64,000 nt of DNA, taken from NCBI RefSeq assembly GCF_963921235.1, contig NC_086108.1, positions 27,654,001-27,718,000 on the forward strand, read 5' to 3'. The first letter of the stretch is position 1, and every line of letters begins with the position of its first letter. This document shows, one piece after another, positions 12,700 through 23,869 of this stretch. The position numbers and the translations under genes are program-made. The notes under the pieces are model-generated. The model was not told the origin of the DNA, made no database searches, and was given only the letters and a program-made list of their open reading frames with translations. This DNA comes from Mobula hypostoma (lineage: Eukaryota).

Positions 12700-14185
12700 C
12701 ATGGAGTCATAGAAAAGTACAGCACAGAAACAGACCCTTTGGCCCATCTAGTTCATGCCAGACCTTTAAACTATTGACCTGCACCAGGACCATAGTCCTG
12801 CATACCCCTGCCATCCCTATACTTCCTTAAGCTTTGAAATCTAGCTCATATGAACCACTTGTGCTGGCTGCTTATTCCACACTCACAACCCTCTGAGTGA
12901 AGAAGATTCCCCTCATGTTCCGCCCAAATGTTTTACCTTTCACTCTTAAGCCATGACTCCTAGTTGTAGTCCCACCCAACCTCAGTGTAAAAAGCCTGTT
13001 TGCACTTACCCTACCTATATCCCTCATAATTTGGTATGCCTCTGTCAAATCTCCCACTAATCTATGTTCCAAGGGATAAAGTCCTAAACTATTCAATCTT
13101 GTCTTATAGCTCAGGTCCTCCAGTCCCAGCAACATCCTTGTATCCTTACTTACTCTTCCAACCTTTATTTACATTTTTTCCTGTAAATGGGTGACCAAAA
13201 CTGCATGCAATACTCCAAATTAGGCCTCACCAACACCTCATACAACCTCAATATAACATTCTATCTCCTGTACTTAATACCTCAATTTATGAAGGTCAAT
13301 GCACCAAAAGCTTTCTTCACAACCGTATCTAACTATGCCACCACTTTCAATGAATTATGGACTTGTATTCCCAGATCCCTTTGTTCTACCACACTCCTCA
13401 GTGGCCTACCATTCACTGTGTGAAATCTACCCTGGTTGGTCCTACTGCAGTGCAACACCTCACACTTGTCTGTATTAAATTCCATCTGCCATTTTTCAGT
13501 CCATTTTTTTCCAGCTGGTCCAGATCCTGCTGCAAGCTCTAATACTTTTCCTCGAAATCCACAGCACCCCAAATCTTGGTGTCATCTGCAAATTTCCTGA
13601 TCCAGTTAACCACATTATCATACAGATCATTGATATAGATGACAAACAACAACAGTTCCAGCACCAATCCTTGCGGCACTACACAAGACACAGTCAGAGA
13701 GGCAAACATCTACTACCACTCTCTGGCTTCTCCCACAAAGTCAATGTCAATTTTAGTACCTCATTTTGAATGCCAAGCAACTGAACCTTCTTGACTAACC
13801 TCCCATGTAGCGTACTGTCTTGCTAAAATCCATGTAGCCAACATCTACTGCCTTGTATTCAACATCTTTCCTGATAACTTCCTCAATAAGTTCTATAGGA
13901 TTGGTAGACAGACCTACCTTGCACAAAACCATGCTGACTATCACTAATCAGTCCATTCCTATCCATATACTGGTCCCTTAGAATACCTTCCAGTAACTCT
14001 CCCACTACTAACGTCAGTTTCAACGACCTATAATTTCCTGGTTTACTTTTAAAGCTTTTCTTAAACAGCGAAACAACATTAGCTATCCTCCAATCCTCCA
14101 GTACCTTAGCTAATGCTAAGAATGAGTTAAATCTCTCTCCTAGGGCCCCTGCGTTTTCTGCACATGCCTGTTTCAGGGTCTGATG
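12700..14185 (-). mobile_element. Degenerate CR1 LINE (RT region)
   Basis: ORF fragments KPGNYRSLKLTLVVG, QHGFVQGRS, KWQMEFNTDKCEVLH, FFTQRVV. Confidence 0.9.
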
Positions 14186-14382
14186 GAACACTTGCAGGTA
14201 TTCAGAATAGAACAAAAAAATTCAATAGAATCAATGAAAATCTAAAAACATATATAGACTGACAAACAAATAATAAACCAGCTGTTTTCAGGATATGAAT
14301 GCAAGTGAGATATCAATGGTGATCTAAATTAGTGGTAGAATAGATGCAAATGGCCTTTCTCTTGCGATGAAGCTGAAGGGGG

Positions 14383-15915
14383 AACCATAGAACCATAGAA
14401 ACTACAGCACAGAAACAGGCCTTTTGGCCCTTCTTTGCTGTGCCGAACCATTTTCTGCCTAGTCCCACTGACCTGCACACAGACCATATCCCTCCATACA
14501 CCTCCCATCCATGTATCTGTACAATTTATTCTTAAATGTTAATAAAGAACCTGCATTTACCGCATTTACCACCTCATCTGGCAGCTCATTCCATACTCCC
14601 ACCACTCTCTGTATGAAGAAGCCCTCCCTAATGTTCCCTTTAAACTTTTCCCCCCTCACCCTTAACCCATGTCCTCTGGTTTTTTTCTCCCCTTGCCTCA
14701 GTGGAAAAAGCCTGCTTGTATTCACTCTATCTATACCCATCATAATTTTATATACCTCTATCAAATCTCCCTCATTCTTCTACGCTCTAGAGAATAAAGT
14801 CCTAACCTATTCAACCTTTCTCTGTAACTGAGTTTCTCAAGTCCCGGCAACATCTTTGTAAACCTTCTCTGCAATCTTTCAACCTTATTTATATCCTTCC
14901 TGTAATTTGGTGACCAAAACTGAACACAATACTCCAGATTCGGCCTCACCAATGCCTTATACAACCTCATCGTAACATTCCGGCTTTTATACTCAATACT
15001 TTGATTAATAAAGGCCAATGTACCAAAAGCTCTCTTTACAACCCTATCTACCTGTGACGTCACTTTTAGGGAATTTTGTATCTGTATTCCCAGATCCCTC
15101 TGTTCCACTGCACTCCTCAGTGCCTTACCATTAACCCTATATGTTCTACCTTGGTTTGTCCTTCCGACATGCAATACCTCACACTTGTCTGTATTAAACT
15201 CCATCTGCCATTTTTCAGCCCATTTTTCCAGCCGGTCCAAGTCCCTCTGCAGGCTCTGAAAACCTTCCTCACTGTCTACTACACCTCCAATCTTTGTATC
15301 ATCAGCAAATTTGCTGATCCAATTTACCACATTATCATCCAGATCATTGATATAGATGACAAATAACAATGGACCCAGCACTGATCTCTGTGGCACACCA
15401 CTAGTCACAGGCCTCCACTCGGAGAAGCAATTCTCTACTACCACTCTTTGGCTTCTTCCATTGAGCCAATGTCTAATCCAATTTACCACCTCTCCATGTA
15501 TACCCAGCGAGTGAATTTTCCTAACTAACCTCCCATGCGGGACCTTGTCAAAGGCCTTACTGAAGTCCATGTGGACAATATCCACTGCCTTCCCTTCATC
15601 CACTTTCCTGGTAACCTCCTCGAAAAACTCCAATAGATTGGTCAAACATGACCTACCACGCACAAAGCCATATTGGCTCTCCCTAATAAGTCCCTGTCTA
15701 TCCAAATGCTTGTAGATTTTGTCTCTTAGTACTCCCTCCAATAACTTACCTACTACTGACGTTAAACTTACTGGCCTATAATTTCCTGGATTAACTTTCG
15801 ATCCTTTTTTAAACAACGGAACAACATGAGCCACTCTCCAATCCTCCGGCACCTCACCTGTAGACAGCGATATTTTAAATATTTCTGCCAGGGCCCCTGC
15901 AATTTCAACACTAGA
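14383..15915 (-). mobile_element. Young 5'-truncated CR1 LINE with open RT domain
   Basis: 386-aa ORF 14761..15921 (NYRPVSLTS, QYGF, DFSKAFD, GVPQ, FADD); one frameshift near 14770 into the 14459..14764 frame; (TTCTATGG)n tail. Confidence 0.95.
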
Positions 15916-16721
15916 CCTCATGTATTAGCAAATCCAGCAGTGTTTTATGACGTCACTCCTAAAATGACATCACAATCCACACTCAAATGCAGCAATGAGA
16001 CTCATGTCCATGATTAAAGGACTATCTAAACCCTTGAACTCACAGCATGGTTTAAGGACTGTCTAAATACCATGAAGTCACAAAGGTAATTCTTGTTTTT
16101 CTCTTGTAATGTAATGGAAGCAATAAAAATATCTGGTCACAAAAGGCTGGGGGAAATGCTGTGGATTAGGTATACCTTACTTGCTTGCACATTACCTTGA
16201 CCCTCAAAGGATTTTCATCTATATATTTATCCATTGCATTTCACTGCATGCACATGTTGTCTAAGAGTGATTCACCATGAAAATAAATATGGTGGATATG
16301 GACTTGGGGTTTAGGAAATAAGTACAGTCATGCCCCACTTACTCCAGGGATTGGCTTTAATCTTCACCTTCGGTGTCATCTGTGTAGAGTTTGTATGTTC
16401 TGCCATGACCATGTCAGTTTCCACCAGGTTACCTTCCACATCACAAAATATATGCTGGTTCATTAATTTCAGTAAGTTCCTCCTTATTATAGGTTAGTGA
16501 CAAAAAAGTCAAAGGAAAATTGACAGAGAATGATTTACAAGAAAACACAGGGTAGTAGAGAGTGAATAGACTACATTCTTTGCTGGATGTTGGCACAGAC
16601 CTGTTTCTATGACTACATTAGTAAATATTGCCGATTCTGCAATGGAACAGAAAGGAGAAGGGGAGCTTCAGAAATCCTGAAGCAAACCGATGAGGTGAGA
16701 AAAGGATAGATAAATAGAAAG

Positions 16722-16863
16722 ACACATAGCACTGTGGGTGTACCTACACCCCAGGGACTGCAGCAATCTAAGAAGGTAGCTCATCCCCACCTTCTCAAGG
16801 GCAACTAGGGATGGGCAATAAAGGCTGCCTTAGCTGGCAACGTCCACATCCTGTAAATGAATA
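16722..16863 (+). mobile_element. CR1/L2-group LINE 3' tail
   Basis: CACCTTCTCAAGGGCAACTAGGGATGGGCAATAAA...CACATCC, a tail typical of elasmobranch LINEs and SINEs. Confidence 0.6.
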
Positions 16864-17214
16864 GATAATAAAAAAAAGATACTTCATTAACCTCAAAGGA
16901 AATTATATTGTCACAGTAGCATTACAAATGCACAGATATACAAACATCAGAGAAGTAAGAAAGAATAAAAAATAAGAACACCAAAGAGCAGCAGGTCTGT
17001 GACTCTTTGAGAGAGGAAGGACTGGGTAGATGGTTCACATTTAAAAAAGGTAGACGTCCTGAGAACACTTAGACGGTGGGCAGTGGACATGTAAAGGTTC
17101 GAGGGAATGGGAGCTATGGATAAACGCAGGGACAGACCAGAGGAGTAGTGGTAGAGAAGCAATAGTTGAATGCAGTTAAATCTCCGTACTGAGTGAGGAA
17201 AAAGAGAATGAAAG

Positions 17215-17530
17215 AAAGCAGAGTTGCACAACTGTAGAGCCACTGCTTCATAACGTCAGAGACTAGGGTTCAGTCCTGACCTGGGGTGCTCTCTGTGTGG
17301 AGTTTGCATGTTCTTTTCGAGAATACGTTAACTTCCTCCAGCTGCAGTAGCTTCCTCCCAAAGTCACATGTGTATGGTGAGGTAGGTTAATTGGCCACTG
17401 CAAATTGCCCCTAGTTTGTAGGTGAATGGTAGAATCTGGTTTGAGGAGGATGTGGAGTGAATGGAAAAGGATTAATGTGGGATTAGTGTACAAGGGCAGT
17501 TGCTGGTCAGTGTGGACTCATTAGGGAGGG
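17215..17530 (+). mobile_element. HE1/V-SINE-like SINE
   Basis: GGGTTCAGTCC B-box, TGTGTGGAGTTTGCATGTTCT, AGGTTAATTGGCCACTGCAAATTGCCCCTAG. Confidence 0.75.
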
Positions 17531-18059
17531 GTGCCCAGAACCCATGCTTAATGGTACATGGCAGAAAAAAGGCTGGGAACCTCCGGTCTAGAGGGTTGCG
17601 CTGTTGGATTTTATGGCTACAATTTGGAAATAAATAACACCCTTCAGTGTCAATTGTTTTCTGAAAATAAAGGGTTTTGAAATATACTGCAACTGCTGCT
17701 GCATAGGAAAACAAAAGGCAACCAATTTGTTGGTACCATGGTATGATTCCTGCAGAGATGAATCATGCTGCCATGTTGGACCCATGCCCACTCCTTGCCA
17801 CCAATCATCCTCTTCCACAACCCCATCGCGGTCTAACAACATCTCCTTATCAACCCCCAACGTGACACTCTGTCCCCAAAGCCTTAAGTCTAAAGTAGCA
17901 TCTACCAGAAGTTGGCGGACTGGAAGTTGGAGGGTTTTTTCCCCCAGAGCCAGGAAGCATCTCACTCTCTGCCAGTGTATAATGCACCACCTTCTGTGGG
18001 CAGCCCATATTGTCCATCCCCATGACACTAAATTCTCCAGCCAAAAGTACTGTAGGTAG

Positions 18060-18390
18060 AATAGACAGTCAGAATTTTTTTTTCCTGGGGCAGAAATGCC
18101 AAGTTGTAGATGGAAATCTTTTAAGGTGAGAGGGAGAAAGTTTGAAGGAGATGTGTGGGGCAAGTCTATTACACAGAGAGTGGTGAGTGCCTGCAATGGG
18201 CTGTCAGGGGTGGTAGTGTAACCTGGTGTGATGGTGGCATTTAGGAGGCTCTTAGACATGTGAATGTGCAGGGAATAGAGAGGTTATGGATCACATACAG
18301 GAAGAGGAGATTTAGTTTAATTAAGCCGAATGTTCAGCACAGACACCATGTGCCAAAGGGCATGATACTGTATTGTTCTACATTCTATGT
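18060..18390 (+). mobile_element. CR1 3' terminal fragment
   Basis: TTTAAGGTGAGAGGGAGAAAGTTTGAAGGAGATG...ACACAGAGAGTGGTGAGTGCCTG, ends TTCTATGT. Confidence 0.75.
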
Positions 18391-19313
18391 GCTGAGCTCT
18401 CTGCTTCAAGATCTGACACAGGGATAGATTTTCAGGTGAGAAAAGGCTTGTATAAGTGCCACCAACACAGTTGCCTGTGCAGAGTCAATTACAGTGCTCC
18501 AGTGTTGTTTTCAAAGTAAGCTTTGTGACACCCTCAGAGACTCTTGGGAACCCTGGCTCAAAACACAGAGGGTGCTGACTAACAAGAGCCTCTATAATGG
18601 GAACATGTAGAAGTCACTGACAGACAGTGGAAGAAGCACTTGATATCCTGAACTTTCCTAGTGGTAACACCTACAAATCCTGCATCAAGCTTAGCAGTCA
18701 ACTCAGAATCCTCAGAGCAGGAGTGGAAACAGGTCACCCTTGACCAAAAGGACTGCATAAGGAGAGGAAATGACCACAAATCACTAATGAAGATATTTCT
18801 GGTATATACTGTATATCGGCCAAAATATGCTGATTTCCCCAACTTTTCTGCTGAGATCTTTTGTAAGAAAGCAGACAAATCCTTGATTTAGTATATCACC
18901 CTAACAGATGGCATCTCTGCCACTTATGTGCCCATTAAGATAATGTGATTAAGTCCCCTAAACCTACGACAAGATGTATGGGTGTTTCCAAAAGAAAGAA
19001 CATAGATATTCACACAGGGCTGCTGCAAAAAAGAAATGGAGGAGTGTTTGTGTTCCTTCACTTGGACAACCTTGGATGAGCTTCCAGTTATGCATATAAC
19101 TTGGTTTGGAATGACTGGATCTGAGCTTCAGTCTACGCATATTTTCCTGAATTAACGTCTCTTCAAATGTAGGATGCAACATTTTGAGAATGGTAAGAAA
19201 ATGGCATTGATGCACTAAGAATCAAGACTATAAGCCCGAAGCCCTGAAATTGGATTATGTAGTGGATCTGAGGGATCACAGCTGATACTTGCCCCATGTT
19301 GAATCCTCTACCC

Positions 19314-19393
19314 CAGAGGTTCCCAACCTGGGGTCCATGGACACCTTAATTAGTGTTATTGGTCCAGGGCATAAGGCAGGTAGGGAACCTCTT
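19314..19393. mobile_element. 80-bp hAT-type MITE
   Basis: TIRs CAGAGGTTCCCAACCT / AGGTAGGGAACCTCTT; 8-bp flanks CTCTACCC / CTCTATTC (6/8 match). Confidence 0.65.
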
Positions 19394-21404
19394 CTCTATT
19401 CCCTAATTCAGCTCATTACCTTTAGCAAAAATGTAACTTATTGAAAACAACCTCTCCCTCATTTCCTGTCAAAAGAATCCTCCTGTTCACCATTCAAGGA
19501 AGTTCAGTCTTGTTAAATATGGCTCAGGCATCCTTCATCTTCCTTTTCCCAATGTGATTGACTGCCTATTTTCTCATGGATTATGTTGGCCCTTGATGCT
19601 ACTATTAATGTTTAAGCAGCTTGTTGGAGAAGTGTGTAGTTGCAAATGCAGGATGATACAACTGCAAACTCTTTGTTTTTTTAGCCTTGGTATTAATGAT
19701 TAATCACATTCTTACTGATGGGCATGATAGGAACATACAGTATACAGTAAGTTTCTTTTTTTTAACCATGTCTTAGGTGCTTAATCAACTGTATGGAATG
19801 CCCTTAAAAGGGAAATTCATTTAAGGCTCATAAAAGGAAAGTGTAATAATATTACAACATTATAGCAAATACTTCAGGAAATGTGTTGTTTCTGTTGACA
19901 GTAATTAGGTAATCAAATTTTAATCTCCTTTCTTCTTTTATCGCGCCCTCCCCCCCTCAAAGCCCCCTTCCCCATTTCAGTCTCCAGGATGAGTGCAGGA
20001 TGGTATTTATACCATGAGCCGATGCATCCTTTGTCTTCTATGACCTTTATTCTTAAATTAAGTTGCATCAGCTTAACATTTCAGAGACTTGCTGTCTCCT
20101 TAGTAACAATTAGGTAAAGCTCCTTGGCTGTCAATCACCTCTCTCAATGGTGGGCTTAAGATGCTTGTCTGCTTAAATTGACTGCAGAAGAAGTTTCATA
20201 AATGGTGGTAAGATGGATGGATTTATCTACCAGAAGGTCATAACTACATATAGAACAGATTATCATCTGGGATACTTGTCCGCAGGGAATCTTAAAGGTC
20301 TGAAGTGATTGTTGACATTTTCCAGAAACTGCCTCTTTTTGTGGAAACAGTTTTTAAGCAGAACATGGAATTCAGGGTCAATCACAAGCACTGCATTTTC
20401 TGTAACAAAGTGGTATACAAGATGCATAGCAGTCTAGAATCTTCATTTGCCTTGAGAGAAAGAAACAGCAGGAAAATTACAGCAACCGGTCTGTTTGATG
20501 ACAACACAAGACACAGGCGCAGAAATCAACCAGTTGCTCTCTCAAAACTAGTCCACCATTTAATAAGATCATGGCTTTAACACTACTCTCCCACACTTTT
20601 TAATTTCTGGCTTGACACCACTTCTACAGTCGTCTGGGGTAGAAAATTGCAGAAATTTGCTGTGTTGAGAAGAAATTTATTCTCATCTCCAAAGTGGATA
20701 ACCCTTATTCTGAAAGATGAATTCTATCTCAGCTATCCCATCAGTCCCCCACAAGATCTTTAAGTTCTGATGCAATCACAAGTGATACACAATGAGTATT
20801 CACTTAACTTTCTCATCATTCCTTCCTACATCATCCCAGGATTCAATCGAGTGGTCTTCTTTTGCATTACCAATATACAAACTTATCATTCCTTAAATAT
20901 TGCAACAATCATTGCCAAGTCTTTATGTATATTTAAGACAATAGTTGATAGATTCTTGATTGGTCAGAGCATGAAGGGATATGAGGTGAAACAGGAGATT
21001 AGGGCTGAGAAGGAAAATGGATCAGCCAGAGCAGACTTGATGGGCCAAATTACCTAATTCTGCTCTTATATCTTATCATCTTATGACCTAAAACTCGATA
21101 TATTCCATTGATCTTGCAGTTAACTTCTTGTAATTCATGTACTAGAACTAAGTTCATGCCACAAAATGTTCTCATCCATTTAGATGTTAATTAACATTTT
21201 CATTCCTCCTTCCGAAGTGGATCAACATATTATACTCCACCTGCTAAAATGTTGCCCATTCATTTAATGCATCTGCATTCTATTGCAGGCTCTTCATGTT
21301 TTCCTCACATCTTGCTAACCAAACTACAGTAACTTTCTGTCTTTGGCTAATCTGGCTAGAATATACCTTGCCCTTTCATCTATGTCAATGATGTATGTCT
21401 TCAG

Positions 21405-22217
21405 TCTTTATCTCTACTTTAAACACTTGTATCTTCGGAAACAGCTCTATTTCCATCTTTAATATCTTTAATTTTCCCTTTCAGGGTTCTTTTGAAGACC
21501 CTGACCTGGAGTTACACACTGACTTAAGTACTGCGGGAATGGGACCCGTTCTCGTGGTTTCAGGACCGCCGATATTCGGCACACCAAGGGTTAGGCCAGA
21601 GAGGCGGCCTAGTGTTCGGAAGCCTAAGATCTTGGGGCTCTGGAGATGGGCAGATCAAGGGTCGGTGTCACAGCAGGAGACTCGTGTGTTGTCAGGGAGG
21701 CTGGAAAATCTTTCGCTGTGGGCCCAAAGACCCGAGATCTTTGTGATTTTTGGGCACAGAGCTCTTAAGAAGCAACAAAACGGACTTTTTAACATCATAA
21801 ACCAGTGGGTTCTTGTTATGTCTCCCACTGACTGTAAAAATGAGGGACACCTCCCTCTCCCTTGCCAGGGAGAGAGAGAGAACCTTTGGATTACTGAATG
21901 CCAGATGAAATGCGAAGCTTTTGGGGTAACTTTGGTCTGTATCTTTGCTATCGTTTAGCTCACGCTTGTGCTCGGTAGAGGGTGTGCTTTTTGTTTTGCT
22001 GGTGGGGGGAGGAGGGATTGTTGCTTGCCGCCACTTATGCGCGAGAGGAGGAAGCTGGGGGGTGAAGCTTTGGGGTTCTCATGTTTAACTGTCGTTCATT
22101 CTTGGGGCACTTCTCAGTTTTTGTGGATATTTTGTGAAGAAAAAGCATTTTAGGATGTATATTGTATACATTTCTCTGACATTAAATTGAACCTTTGAAC
22201 TTTGAACCATTGAACCT
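21405..22217 (+). mobile_element. Unclassified ~800-bp non-coding retroposon (copy 1)
   Basis: Colinear with the reverse complement of 43548-44358; 3' end ATTAAA + (TTGAACC)-type tail. Confidence 0.8.
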
Positions 22218-22324
22218 TCTAATGAAATAGCCTGCATCACCCTCTGGAGTAGAAGGAAGAAATTTCTGCACACAAGTTTATAAATGTTCATTTATATTTG
22301 TTGTGTGTTGATTGTCTCTTCCTG

Positions 22325-22485
22325 GAAACACACACAAAGTGCTGGAGGAAATCAGCAGGCCAGGCAGCATCAAGGAAAACAGTACAGTCAATGTTTCAGG
22401 CCAGTGCTGTCTGGCCTGCTGAGTTCCTCCAGCATATTGTGTATGTTCCTCAGATTTCCAGCATCTGCAAATGTTCTCTTGTTTG
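22325..22485. mobile_element. Short fold-back PLE end
   Basis: ACACAAAGTGCTGGAGGAAATCAGCAGGCCAGGCAGCA is inverted to TGCTGTCTGGCCTGCTGAGTTCCTCCAGCATATTGTGT, followed by TTCCAGCATCTGCA. Confidence 0.75.
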
Positions 22486-23083
22486 TCTCTTCCAGGAACA
22501 AAGTATTCACGGATTTCTCCAACAACACAATTAAATTGTAAAATTGTTAAAACTGTAACGCTTTGTACTTACCATCATTTACCCAGTATACAATCATAAG
22601 GAACATTATCATTTAGCCTCTTTACCTCACAGGCTGCATTCTGGTCAGGTCTAGCAGGCAAAAAGGCAGCCTGAAGATGGAAAGTGTTGTGCAATGCATT
22701 GCAAGTATTTGTTCCTTAAACCTAATGTAGTGCTTTGTCCTGCATGAGAAGTAGCTTCAGGGGATAATTCATGGCTACCCCTGTTGCCAGAGCAAGTTAA
22801 TATAAAAATGGAAATAGAGAAGGAGATGGGTGGTGTTGAATTTTTTTCAGTTAAGCTTTGCATTGTGCTGCATATTGGCTCACTATATCTGAACCCAACT
22901 TCTTTTGCATTCTGATTGTAATACTCACCTGTCTAAGTCTCAGTTCAGGCAATCTGTAACCAACTTCCATTAAAAAAACCTCTAGCCAGTTTTTTCTTCT
23001 TCTTCGACAGAATTTAAGTAGTTTGCTTCGCATAAGAGATTTTTGATGCCACTATTGTAGGTAACTGTGAAATACTGGAAAGG

Positions 23084-23445
23084 ATACTTTATACTTTATA
23101 TTTTATTGTCGCCAAACAATTGATACTAGAATGTACAATCATCACAGCGATATTTGATTCTGCGCTTCCCACTCCCTGGATTACAAATATTAAATATTAA
23201 AAATAGTAAAAATGAGTAAATATTAAAAATTTAAATTATAAATCATAAATAGAAAATAGAAAAATGGAAAGTAAGGTAGTGCAAAAAAACCGAGAGGCAG
23301 GTCTGGATATTTGGAGGGTACGGCCCAGATCCGGGTCAGGATCCGTTCAGCAGTCTTATCACAGTTGGAAAGAAGCTGTTCCCAAATCTGGCCGTACGAG
23401 TCTTCAAGCTCCTGAGCCTTCTCCCGGAGGGAAGAGGGACGAAAC
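23084..23445 (-). mobile_element. Rex1-like LINE 3' fragment
   Basis: PLPSGRRLRSLKTRTARFGNSFFPTVIRLLN; (TATAAAG)n tail. Confidence 0.85.
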
Positions 23446-23477
23446 TTGTGCTGTCTGGGTGGGTTGTGTGGATAAAT

Positions 23478-23710
23478 GGTGTGGCGGTGGTAGCATAGTG
23501 ACACGTGTAATACAATTGCAGCACCAGTGTCATAGGTTCAATACACCACTCTCTGTAAGAGTTTTGTACGTTCTCCTAATAGTTGTGTGAGTTTCCTCTG
23601 GGTGTTCTAGTTTCCTTCCATGTCCAAGGACATATGGGTTAGTCAGTTAACTGGTCACATGGTATAATTGGGTAGTGTGGGCTCATTAAGGCAGAAGGGT
23701 CTATTAACCT
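23478..23710 (+). mobile_element. V-SINE-like SINE
   Basis: GGTAGCATAGTG A-box, GGTTCAAT B-box, TTTGTACGTTCTCC central domain. Confidence 0.65.
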
Positions 23711-23869
23711 AAATTTAAAAAAGACACTATGAAAGAGGAAATATTTCACAAATTCAGCAACGTTCAAAGTGAATAACTTGCCAGGTCCAAATGGAATGCA
23801 TCTGAGACTGTTAAAAAAGCAAGAGATGAAATTGAAGAAACACTGATCATCATTATCAGATATGGTCCC

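Noticed and set aside
17588..18259. 223-aa and overlapping 110-aa ORFs as host genes
   Set aside because: No recognisable domain; the 223-aa ORF partly runs antisense through a CR1 tail, and there is no convincing splice structure.
21395..21958. 187-aa ORF as the protein of the unclassified repeat
   Set aside because: The frame is not preserved in the second copy, where it is split among 43963..44353, and it has no known motif.
22851..23070. Minus-strand exon candidate with a CAG|GTGAGT donor at ~22929
   Set aside because: All three frames from the best upstream acceptor hit stops, and the ATG-initiated peptide is not recognisable.
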